This document shows positions 45,558 through 53,465 of a stretch of 64,000 nucleotides of DNA, one piece after another; position 1 is the stretch's first letter, and every line of letters starts with the position of its first letter. The position numbers and the translations under genes were made by a program. Where the stretch lies: NCBI GenBank assembly GCA_964394685.1, contig CAYMYO010000003.1, positions 16,218 through 80,217 on the forward strand, in the 5' to 3' direction. Source of the DNA: an uncultured Gammaproteobacteria bacterium (GTDB lineage Bacteria; Patescibacteriota; Microgenomatia; UBA10105; UBA927). Under the pieces are notes generated by a model. That model was not told the DNA's origin. It saw only the letters and a program-made list of their open reading frames with translations, and ran no database searches.

Positions 45558-46064
45558 ATGGATACTGATTCTGCCCCAAAAGAAGAAGTTGCTCTTACCT
45601 GGTCATCTCCTTCAAGATTATTTAAGCGCAGGGATAAGGAATATTTTACTAATATTGGTGCAATTGTATTTCTTCTTACGGTTATTCTCATATTTGCACG
45701 GGAATTTGTACTCGTTGGTGCCGTATTATCAATCGTATTTCTTGTCTATGTTCTTTCCACAGTTGCCCCAGAAGAAGTAAAGCATAGTATTTCCAATCTT
45801 GGCATTGAAAGTGCTGGACATTTTTATCGATACGAGGAGCTTGTAGAGTTTTGGTTTGAAGATCAATGGGGACAAACACTACTCATCCTAAGACCTATTA
45901 TTGGGTCAAGAATTATTATACTTCTTGGTGCAATAGAGAAACAGCGTGTTCAAGAAGCACTAAAACAATTTATTGCATATCGTGAACAACCGGAAAAGTC
46001 ATGGGTTGATAACGCCGCATCCTGGCTTTCTAAAAAAGTCCCCCTCGAAAAACCTCAATCGTAG
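45558..46064 (+). CDS. hypothetical membrane protein
   Basis: Two adjacent TM helices (IGAIVFLLTVILIFA...LVGAVLSIVFLVYVL). 168 aa. Confidence 0.3.
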   Translation: MDTDSAPKEEVALTWSSPSRLFKRRDKEYFTNIGAIVFLLTVILIFAREFVLVGAVLSIVFLVYVLSTVAPEEVKHSISNLGIESAGHFYRYEELVEFWFEDQWGQTLLILRPIIGSRIIILLGAIEKQRVQEALKQFIAYREQPEKSWVDNAASWLSKKVPLEKPQS

Positions 46065-46105
46065 TGTTTAGCTGTTATTCGTAGTAAAATACACGCATAG
46101 CAATT

Positions 46106-46178
46106 GCGCCCGTAGCTTAATGGATAGAGCATTAGATTGCGGATCTAACGGTTGTGGGTTCAACTCCCGCCGGGCGCG
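46106..46178 (+). tRNA. tRNA-Arg (anticodon GCG)
   Basis: Acceptor GCGCCCG/CGGGCGC, D-arm GCTT-AATGGATA-GAGC, anticodon stem TTAGA/TCTAA with loop TTGCGGA, T-arm GTGGG-TTCAACT-CCCGC. 73 nt. Confidence 0.75.
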
Positions 46179-46190
46179 CAAGAAGCAGTT

Positions 46191-46212
46191 CCCTGCCTGC
46201 CGGCAGGCAGGG
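46191..46212. terminator. perfect 22-bp palindrome (CCCTGCCTGCCGGCAGGCAGGG), hairpin/terminator candidate after tRNA-Arg
   Basis: Read directly. 11-bp perfect stem with no spacer. Followed by ATTCTG rather than a clean U-tract. Confidence 0.35.
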
Positions 46213-46251
46213 ATTCTGCACAGGAACGCCAAGGGAGGGTTGGTTGAGTCG

Positions 46252-46280
46252 TTGACAGTAAGCACATTAACATTTATGAT
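46252..46280 (+). promoter_or_regulatory. candidate sigma70-type promoter for LAGLIDADG gene (TTGACA-17 nt-TATGAT)
   Basis: TTGACA at 46252-46257, 17-nt spacer, TATGAT at 46275-46280, 6 nt before the ATG at 46287. Confidence 0.45.
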
Positions 46281-46286
46281 GTTTAT

Positions 46287-47282
46287 ATGAATAGAGTGCA
46301 ATTAGATCCTGAAGACTTAAAGATGTACTTTGAGCAAATTAAAATCAAATCAAATTTATCTTATGCTAATTTTGCTAGCTTGTGGAAGATAAATCCTCGA
46401 ACATTTCGGGATTGGAAAAAAGGAACGTATTCTTTTCCCGAAGAGTTTAGTATTAATATTGGTCACCAATTACATGTTTGTCTCCCTTCGACTGCGATGA
46501 TAAAAAATGAAACTGAAATTAGGGCACGAGCAGGTAGAATTGGTGGGATTGTGAGTATAAAAAAATATGGGAATCCGGGAACAGCCATCGGGAGATCAAA
46601 AGGAGGAATGAATTCGCTGGTTACACATCAAAGAATGCGTACTGGCTTTAAAATAGCAAAAGTGTTTTCTGTACCACAACTAACAGCGCAATTTGCAGAA
46701 TTTATTGGCATAATGCTTGGTGACGGAGGCATAACAAAATATCAAATAAGAATAACATTGAATAAGATTGATGATAAGGATTACGTTGTTTACGTTAGAA
46801 AACTTATTAATAAAATATTTCGAGAATATCCATCGCTTGAGTTTAAAAAAGGGAAAGCGGTTGATCTGGTAGTTTCTGGAAAAAATCTTGTGCAACTATT
46901 ACTTTCTTATGGGCTCGTAAAGGGAGATAAAATTAAACAACAAATAAAAATACCTTCTTGGATTAATACTAGCGATGAGTTCAAGTTAAGTGTATTACGA
47001 GGGTTGTTTGATACTGATGGATCAGTCTATTTAGATAAACATTATAAAAAAAAGATTGTTTATAAAAGTATTTGCGTTGCTTACACGAGTTATTCAACCC
47101 CTTTACGGCTAAATATTTATGATACTTTACGTGAATTTGGTTTTTCACCTACAGTTAGTACAAAAAATAGAATTATGCTGAGAAAAAGAAAAGATGTTGT
47201 TAATTTTTTTAACTTAGTAAAATCAAATAATAAGAAGCATTTAATACGTTATGCACAATATTTGAAAATGTGTGAAGGTTAA
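46287..47282 (+). CDS. LAGLIDADG-family homing endonuclease-like protein (two-motif, single-chain type) with N-terminal HTH-like region
   Basis: Two LAGLIDADG-type motifs: FIGIMLGDGGI and LRGLFDTDGSV, about 100 aa apart. 331 aa. Stop codon is 5 nt before the tRNA-Ser(CGA) start. Confidence 0.7.
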   Translation: MNRVQLDPEDLKMYFEQIKIKSNLSYANFASLWKINPRTFRDWKKGTYSFPEEFSINIGHQLHVCLPSTAMIKNETEIRARAGRIGGIVSIKKYGNPGTAIGRSKGGMNSLVTHQRMRTGFKIAKVFSVPQLTAQFAEFIGIMLGDGGITKYQIRITLNKIDDKDYVVYVRKLINKIFREYPSLEFKKGKAVDLVVSGKNLVQLLLSYGLVKGDKIKQQIKIPSWINTSDEFKLSVLRGLFDTDGSVYLDKHYKKKIVYKSICVAYTSYSTPLRLNIYDTLREFGFSPTVSTKNRIMLRKRKDVVNFFNLVKSNNKKHLIRYAQYLKMCEG

Positions 47283-47287
47283 TACGT

Positions 47288-47376
47288 GGAGAGGTGCAGG
47301 GAATGGCTATCCGGACAGTCTCGAAAACTGTTACCCTGAAAGGGGTTTGTGGGTTCGAGTCCCACCCTCTCCGCCA
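47288..47376 (+). tRNA. tRNA-Ser (anticodon CGA), CCA encoded
   Basis: Acceptor GGAGAGG/CCTCTCC, anticodon stem ACAGT/ACTGT with loop CTCGAAA, long variable arm, T-arm GTGGG-TTCGAGT-CCCAC, then GCCA. Confidence 0.75.
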
Positions 47377-47488
47377 AGACGGACAAAATGAAAAACGGGT
47401 TGTTCTGGCAATCCAGAGCATTAGAAAAATACGTTCTAACCTAAAACAGAGGTTGGCCTGACGGGGGGCGGGATTAGAACCTAATATT

Positions 47489-47992
47489 ATGGAAAAAGCG
47501 AATCGACAACCATTGGCGCACGTTATTATTGGTTTTATCGGATCAGGAAAAACGACATTTGCAAAAAAACTGGAAAAAGAAACCGGGGCGTTGCGATTTA
47601 CAAAAGATGAATGGGTAATTGCAATTTTCGGTCATGATCCAACCATTGATGGATTTGAAACATACGATAATCGAATCTCAAAGTTGGCCGTTGACGTAGC
47701 GCTGTATTGTTTAAAAGCTGGGAACGATATCATTATAGATGAAGGATTTTGGGTCCGATCTCAACGAGATGAAATTCGTAAGAAAATAGAAAAGGCCGGC
47801 GGAGAAGTTCAATTGTACTATGTAAAAAATACCCATGAAACGATGAAGCAAAGAATATCCAAAAGAAACCAAAAACCAACGGAGGACGCTTTTGTTATAA
47901 GCCAGGAAATGTATGATGGCTATAAAAAATATTTTGAAGAACCCTCACCTAAAGAAAAATGTATTATTGTTGAGAATATAGAGGAGAAGTAA
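47489..47992 (+). CDS. P-loop NTPase/kinase-like protein (AAA_33/zeta-toxin-like fold)
   Basis: Walker A IGFIGSGKTTFAKK at the N-terminus. 167 aa. Family not resolved. Confidence 0.4.
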   Translation: MEKANRQPLAHVIIGFIGSGKTTFAKKLEKETGALRFTKDEWVIAIFGHDPTIDGFETYDNRISKLAVDVALYCLKAGNDIIIDEGFWVRSQRDEIRKKIEKAGGEVQLYYVKNTHETMKQRISKRNQKPTEDAFVISQEMYDGYKKYFEEPSPKEKCIIVENIEEK

Positions 47993-48035
47993 TTGTCTGG
48001 AAATAGGTTATAACTCTGTAAATGGTATTCTGCCT

Positions 48036-48452
48036 ATGAAAATTGCAATATCCGCAAGTATGACGTTTTTTAAAGAAATGCGCTCTGTTAAAAAGGAGTT
48101 GGAACAACGTGGACATACAGTTATTGTCCCGATGGGGATAGAGGAAGAAGTACCTATTGAAGCAAAGCCAGGTATTTCAAAAGATGAACTTATCGCAGCA
48201 AAAATTGAATATGATTTCATAAGAAAACACTTTAAGAATATTGAAGAATCAGATGCAATTTTCATATTAAATTATCCAAGAAAAGGAATTAATGGGTATA
48301 TTGGTGGAAATACATTTTTGGAAATGGGTCATGCGTTTGGGCTAAGAAAGAAGATATTCATCTTATATCCACTTCCAATAATGGATTACGAATCAGAAAT
48401 GCACGCAATGCAGCCGGTTGTTCTTAACGGAGATTTAACAATAATTAAGTAG
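48036..48452 (+). CDS. nucleoside 2-deoxyribosyltransferase-like protein (uncertain)
   Basis: MKIAISASMTFF N-terminus and FLEMGHAFGL region resemble the NDT/Rossmann-like fold with catalytic Glu. 138 aa. Confidence 0.35.
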   Translation: MKIAISASMTFFKEMRSVKKELEQRGHTVIVPMGIEEEVPIEAKPGISKDELIAAKIEYDFIRKHFKNIEESDAIFILNYPRKGINGYIGGNTFLEMGHAFGLRKKIFILYPLPIMDYESEMHAMQPVVLNGDLTIIK

Positions 48453-48455
48453 TAT

Positions 48456-48530
48456 GCTCTTGTAGTTCAATGGATAGAACGCGGCCCTCCGGAGGCTGTA
48501 ATTGCAGTCCGACTCTGCACAGGAGCGCCA
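48456..48530 (+). tRNA. tRNA-Arg (anticodon CCG), CCA encoded
   Basis: Acceptor GCTCTTG/CAGGAGC (one G-U), D-arm GTTC-AATGGATA-GAAC, anticodon stem CGGCC/GGCTG with loop CTCCGGA, T-arm TGCAG-TCCGACT-CTGCA (noncanonical T-loop), then GCCA. Overlaps the 3' 64 nt of the minus-strand EamA ORF. Confidence 0.5.
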
Positions 48531-49453
48531 CGTCTTATTTTCCCAATTGTTGCAATTGCCACACCTGTTAATACTAATAGTCCTCCGGCAATAAGTCCGT
48601 AGGTCAGTTTTTCTCCGAGCAATAGAAAATTCAATACAACTGCAAAAACAGTTTCAATATATTGTTTGAACGATGCGGTTGTCGCGCTAAGATGTTCAAT
48701 GGCCCACTGAAAGAGGAAATAGGTAATGATGGTCAGAAAAATTGCTGAGTATGCTAACACAAAGATATAACTTGGTTGAAACACTTGAGGAGTGAAAAAC
48801 TGTTGTTTGGTAAGAAGAACAAGAATAAAACTAGTAAGCGTTGCAAGAAAAAAATAAAATGATGTTGTCGTAACAGGAGAAAATTGATTCAGTGCTCTTA
48901 TGCGGCGTGACCAAATTGCATATAACGTCCAAGAAAGCATTCCGACTGCAATAAAGAGATTTCCTTGAAAACTTCCAGCCATCATCTCACCTTTTTCGAT
49001 AACAGGAAGAATAATAATAATACAGACTCCGATAAGTCCTACAAAAATTCCTATCCATTTTGATAAAGAGTTTTTTTCTCGTATCAAAATATACGATAAA
49101 ATCGCAGTTGTCAGTGGTCCAGCGGTATAAATAAGGGTTGCAGAGTTTGCAGTGGTTGTTTTAATACCATAAAAAAATAATGGTACATTCAATGCACCAA
49201 TGAAACTAGGAATGAGCAATTGTTTCCAGTTTAACCAAGCCTTTTTCTCGCGAAGAAAAAATGGAAGGATGAGGATTGATGCGATGAAGAATCGATAAAA
49301 AGCGACAACAAATGGATGCATGTCCTTTACTAATATTTTTGCCGTAACTCCGGCGGTTGACCAAAGGAGAGATGCGACAATAAGCGCAATTAATGCCAGA
49401 GTCTTTTGTGACATATGACGATTATACCGTACAAAATGATATAATACATCCAT
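48467..49453 (-). CDS. EamA/DMT-family transporter
   Basis: 10 predicted TM helices in two 5-TM halves (EamA duplication). 328 aa. C-terminal tail reads through the tRNA-Arg complement. Confidence 0.6.
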   Translation of the reverse strand: MDVLYHFVRYNRHMSQKTLALIALIVASLLWSTAGVTAKILVKDMHPFVVAFYRFFIASILILPFFLREKKAWLNWKQLLIPSFIGALNVPLFFYGIKTTTANSATLIYTAGPLTTAILSYILIREKNSLSKWIGIFVGLIGVCIIIILPVIEKGEMMAGSFQGNLFIAVGMLSWTLYAIWSRRIRALNQFSPVTTTSFYFFLATLTSFILVLLTKQQFFTPQVFQPSYIFVLAYSAIFLTIITYFLFQWAIEHLSATTASFKQYIETVFAVVLNFLLLGEKLTYGLIAGGLLVLTGVAIATIGKIRRGAPVQSRTAITASGGPRSIH

Positions 49454-50040
49454 TCAAAGACTTATATTTTATGAATAATAACAAAAAAATCGCCAATATT
49501 ATTTATGAAGCTGCGACAATGAAACGCATGAAGCGAGTTGGGTTTCAGATTCTGGGTAATGGTGAAGAGACAATTGGTGAACATTCATTTATGACAGCAG
49601 TGATTGCGTATTTTTTAGCAAAGAAATTACATCTTGATATTGGGAAAATCCTTACAATGAGTATATTTCACGATATGCATGAAACAAGAGTTGGTGATGC
49701 ACATAAAATTTCTCTTCGGTATATTACTCGGAATCAAAAAAAGGCAAATCAAGACATTTTTGGATTCGTAGACACAAGCCTCGTTCAATTATTAGAAGAG
49801 TATGAAGAGAAAAAATCAATAGAAGCGCAAATTGTATTTGAGGCAAATGTGATAGCGCTTCTTGTTCGATTAAAACCTCTTGTTGAACGAGGGGATATGC
49901 ATGCAAAGAAATGGATGATGAATAAAAGTCGCATTCGAACTCCCGAGGGGATTGCTTTAACGAAGACGCTCCTCGAGACAGATTCTCAAGACTGGTGGTT
50001 GGATATCCAACAAGAGTTAGAAGAGGAATATAAACGATAA
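49393..50040 (+). CDS. HD-domain phosphohydrolase (YfbR-like 5'-deoxynucleotidase family)
   Basis: H...HD...H...D metal ligands (EHSFMTAV, FHDMHETRVGD). Likely start at the Met near 49471 to avoid overlap with the divergent EamA gene. Confidence 0.55.
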   Translation: MPESFVTYDDYTVQNDIIHPFKDLYFMNNNKKIANIIYEAATMKRMKRVGFQILGNGEETIGEHSFMTAVIAYFLAKKLHLDIGKILTMSIFHDMHETRVGDAHKISLRYITRNQKKANQDIFGFVDTSLVQLLEEYEEKKSIEAQIVFEANVIALLVRLKPLVERGDMHAKKWMMNKSRIRTPEGIALTKTLLETDSQDWWLDIQQELEEEYKR

Positions 50041-50104
50041 TGCTTTTTGGAAGGGTCGCATATTGAACGAAGTGAAACCCTGAGCAAAGCGAAGGGGTTG
50101 GTAT

Positions 50105-50190
50105 GGAGAGGTGTGATAATTGGTAGTCGCCCCGCTTGGAAAGCGGGTGTCCCGGAAACGGGATTAGGGGTTCGAGTCCCCTCCTCTCCG
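50105..50190 (+). tRNA. tRNA-Ser (anticodon GGA)
   Basis: Acceptor GGAGAGG/CCTCTCC, anticodon stem CCCGC/GCGGG with loop TTGGAAA, 18-nt variable arm, T-arm AGGGG-TTCGAGT-CCCCT. Confidence 0.8.
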
Positions 50191-50322
50191 CAGTAGTCTC
50201 AAGGTTCTACCCGACCCATTCACTACCTCTGAAGGGGTTGCTGTGGCTTGCTAAACCCTCTTGAAATAAACATTTATCGTTTCTGAAGCCTGGAGAGAGC
50301 TGGGGGATGTGATTATAGGACC

Positions 50323-50829
50323 TTAATGTCTCTTTTTAATTCCGAATTTATCCGCTTTTTGTATTTCCTCGATAGTTGTTTTGATCTCTTCAAATCCCTC
50401 TTGTAGAGTTAGTGTTTTACCACAATTATCACACTTAAATATTCCACCGTTTTTGCGCAGTTTTATTATTTGCTTTTTTCCCCTCAGCCAATTTTTTGAA
50501 TAATAAGCTGCCGTGTTGGTGGCAAGTTGTAAATTCCATTTTCTATTTGATTCTTCATCTGATAATCCATTGTCTGGAATGCTCCATTTTTTTCTTAGAA
50601 GAGCTATATCTTTTTGAAAATCAGGTTTGGCGATTAGAAGTTTCGTTCTTTGTTTGGCTCGTGTAGCTAATGTTTTGAAATATTCGTCTTTCATAGCCTG
50701 ATTATAGTGCAATGATGTCGCTTTAGGTTCAGGAATAGAGTAAAATACAGACAACATGAATACCGACTTAACCTTTATTACCAACGAAAAAGACAAGAAT
50801 CTTTCTGAGAGGTTCAAGGTACTCATCAA
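50323..50829 (-). CDS. hypothetical protein with C-terminal CxxC zinc-ribbon-like motif
   Basis: CDNCGKTLTLQEGFEE near the C-terminus. Probable start at the internal Met (about 50754), which removes the overlap with the divergent PLD gene. Confidence 0.3.
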   Translation of the reverse strand: MMSTLNLSERFLSFSLVIKVKSVFMLSVFYSIPEPKATSLHYNQAMKDEYFKTLATRAKQRTKLLIAKPDFQKDIALLRKKWSIPDNGLSDEESNRKWNLQLATNTAAYYSKNWLRGKKQIIKLRKNGGIFKCDNCGKTLTLQEGFEEIKTTIEEIQKADKFGIKKRH

Positions 50830-52270
50830 AGATACTAAATTCTTTGATGTTTTAGTCGGCTATTTTTATACCAGCGGTTTCTATGCCATCTACAAATCAC
50901 TTGAAAATACCGAGAAAGTAAGAATTCTCATTGGTATTAGCACGAACAGGGATACGTATAACCTAATTCAAAAGTCCTATGTTCCAGTACAAGAAAGCCT
51001 GCAATTTTCTCATGCCGAAGCAAAAGAAAAGTTTTCTGACACTTTAGTTGAGGAAATGGGCACTTCAGAAGACAATCACGATACAGAAGAAGGGGTCAAT
51101 AAGTTTCTGGAATGGTTAAAAAGTGGGAAGCTGGAAATAAAAGCCTATCCCTCGGAAAATATCCACGCCAAGCTCTATGTTATGACCTTTGCAGAGGGAG
51201 ATAGAGACGTTGGTAGAGTCATTACTGGTTCGAGTAACTTTACTCAAGCGGGCCTAATTGATAACTTGGAATTTAACGTAGAACTGAAAACTAGATCTGA
51301 CTATGAATTTGCACAACTTAAGTTTAATGAGCTTTGGGAAAATGCAGTTGATGTTTCAGAAAAATACATAGAGACAATCCAAACCAAGACTTGGCTAAAT
51401 AACACCATTACTCCATACGATTTATACCTAAAATTTCTTTACGAGTATTTTAAGGACGAGATAAGTCGAACAAGCGAAGTATTTTACAAATATGTTCCAA
51501 CAGAATTTAAGAAATTAGAATATCAAGAGCAAGCAGTATTAAATGCTAAAAAGATTCTCGGAATGGTTTTAAATTCAGACGAAAACACAAATAAAGGAGC
51601 TTTTGCCAAAGATGATTTAATTTCCGAAGTTAAAACAGACGTTAATACAAAGCCTTATATAGAAGGTAAGTACCTCAAAAAATATTTAATAGAGAAAACA
51701 TTATTTCTGGAATGGGATACAAAAAGAGTTCCCCATCTTTTAAGTAGACCTACTTTCCCTGAACTTTATAACAGGCCTAAAATAATGAGAGGCAGAGTAA
51801 CAGAAGGAACATATGATGATACAGGTCTAGTTAGTAATGACAGTATATTGCTTTTTCAAAGATTTGCAGATCTCAAAGGAGTTAAAAATAACAGTATTGC
51901 AATTAGCATACAAAAATTTAATTCTCACTCAAGGGAGGAACTAGAAAATATTTCTCTTAAGTTTGATCTGAAATATCTACTAGCAATAATAAATTCACAA
52001 TTTGCTAATGTTTATCTTAATAATATTCGTAGACATCGTTTAGAGAATTATTTTTACCCTGATGATTTTCGTAATCTTCCTATAGCGGAAATTCCCCTAT
52101 CTGAGCAGAAGCAATTTATTGATTTTGTAGACAAGATTATCGACTTAAAGAAATCTAGTTTGGAAAAAGATAAACATCAAGCACTTGACTACGAAAAACA
52201 AATTGACCAATTAGTTTATAAACTCTACGACTTAACTGACAAAGAAAAAGAAATTGTTGAAAACGCTTGA
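50756..52270 (+). CDS. PLD-family (HKD) nuclease fused to TaqI_C-like target-recognition domain, no methyltransferase motifs
   Basis: N-terminal HKD motif NIHAKLYVMTF...GSSNFTQAGL. C-terminal KYLLAIINSQFANVYL and QIDQLVYKLYDLTDKEKEIVEN match the TaqI_C signature that normally follows a gamma-class N6-MTase domain. No NPPY/DPPY motif found. Confidence 0.6.
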   Translation: MNTDLTFITNEKDKNLSERFKVLIKDTKFFDVLVGYFYTSGFYAIYKSLENTEKVRILIGISTNRDTYNLIQKSYVPVQESLQFSHAEAKEKFSDTLVEEMGTSEDNHDTEEGVNKFLEWLKSGKLEIKAYPSENIHAKLYVMTFAEGDRDVGRVITGSSNFTQAGLIDNLEFNVELKTRSDYEFAQLKFNELWENAVDVSEKYIETIQTKTWLNNTITPYDLYLKFLYEYFKDEISRTSEVFYKYVPTEFKKLEYQEQAVLNAKKILGMVLNSDENTNKGAFAKDDLISEVKTDVNTKPYIEGKYLKKYLIEKTLFLEWDTKRVPHLLSRPTFPELYNRPKIMRGRVTEGTYDDTGLVSNDSILLFQRFADLKGVKNNSIAISIQKFNSHSREELENISLKFDLKYLLAIINSQFANVYLNNIRRHRLENYFYPDDFRNLPIAEIPLSEQKQFIDFVDKIIDLKKSSLEKDKHQALDYEKQIDQLVYKLYDLTDKEKEIVENA

Positions 52271-53465
52271 TTCACAAAATATACGATTAACTAAAGGTAA
52301 GTATATGGGAACAAACTTAGATAATGATAATTGGATTCAATCTTCTGATGACAATTTTAATATCGGAGAAGAGACCTTTAATGATTTAGAAATCCACCCC
52401 ACCCCAATAAATAATTTTTACTATTTTTTTAACAAGAGTAAAAATAAATTAATTAAGCAATTCGTTTTAGAAAAGAAAGCCAAAGTCGATTATATATGCA
52501 AGGTTATTTTAATTAAAAAGGGAGATAAGTTTACACCCCGGCTTTCTTTTTCAGTTAGAAATAGAGCCGGAAAAATAGTTGAAGATTCGATTGTACTAAC
52601 AGAGATTGACACCCACTTGGTTAAGGCAAATATAAATTTAAATGAATGTCATGAAAACTTCTGGCACCTCATTTCCTTTTTGGAATCACTTCGACAAATT
52701 GAAATACCGAGAGAAAGTTTTTCTTTGGTCTCTCAAGCAGAGAGCGACATAGTTAAAGCCATAAGAGGACGCGGTGTCGAGAGCGTGTTAAGCATTATTA
52801 AGCAACTAGCTTTAATTAATGGTGTATCTCTGTCAGAGAAAGATATCAATCAAATATTAAAACGCAAAGAGAAGCTTACTTTGTTTGGCTCTTCAATAAT
52901 AGAACAATCATCTGATGAAAAATGGTGGCAGATTTTTTTTGAAAACAATAAATGGATATTTGGTTATGGTTTAAATTATCAGATTTTACGACAGGAACAG
53001 GATCAACCTCATTATGGAGGAACAAGAGTAAATGGAAGAGGCGGACAAATAGGAGACTATTTAACTTCAACAGTGGGAGATTTAAGTTTTACGGTATTAG
53101 TTGAAATAAAAACTCCCGACACCTCACTCCTCCAAGGAGCTAAGGAAATAAGATCAGGAGTATGGAGCCTTTCTAAGGAGCTCACTGACGCTTTATCGCA
53201 AATACAAGCAAATATCGATATTTGGGATAAGCAAGGGTCTAGACAGCCTGAAAATGTAGACGAGTTTGAGAAAAAAAATATATTTACCGTTCAACCTAAG
53301 GGTATTATAGTTATTGGACAACTAAGCCAACTTGATAGTAGAAGTAAAAGAGAAACTTTTCAGAGATTTCGAAAATCTATACATGGAATAGATATTTTGA
53401 CTTTTGACGAATTATTAAACAGAGCAAAATTTATTGTTGACGAAAAAGCAGAAGATAAAAAATAA
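52254..53465 (+). CDS. Shedu-like DUF4263 nuclease-domain protein
   Basis: EKWWQIFFENNKWIFGYGLNY, GDLSFTVLVEIKTP (D...E.K PD-(D/E)xK-like core) and KGIIVIGQ resemble the DUF4263 (Shedu SduA) conserved blocks. Overlaps the upstream gene by 17 nt. Confidence 0.5.
   Translation: MLKTLDSQNIRLTKGKYMGTNLDNDNWIQSSDDNFNIGEETFNDLEIHPTPINNFYYFFNKSKNKLIKQFVLEKKAKVDYICKVILIKKGDKFTPRLSFSVRNRAGKIVEDSIVLTEIDTHLVKANINLNECHENFWHLISFLESLRQIEIPRESFSLVSQAESDIVKAIRGRGVESVLSIIKQLALINGVSLSEKDINQILKRKEKLTLFGSSIIEQSSDEKWWQIFFENNKWIFGYGLNYQILRQEQDQPHYGGTRVNGRGGQIGDYLTSTVGDLSFTVLVEIKTPDTSLLQGAKEIRSGVWSLSKELTDALSQIQANIDIWDKQGSRQPENVDEFEKKNIFTVQPKGIIVIGQLSQLDSRSKRETFQRFRKSIHGIDILTFDELLNRAKFIVDEKAEDKK

Noticed and set aside
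46068-46301. 77-aa minus-strand ORF
   Set aside because: It is the reverse complement of tRNA-Arg(GCG), the 22-bp palindrome and the LAGLIDADG promoter. It is a spurious ORF.
47209-47421. 70-aa minus-strand ORF
   Set aside because: It overlaps the LAGLIDADG 3' end and the complement of tRNA-Ser(CGA). It is spurious.
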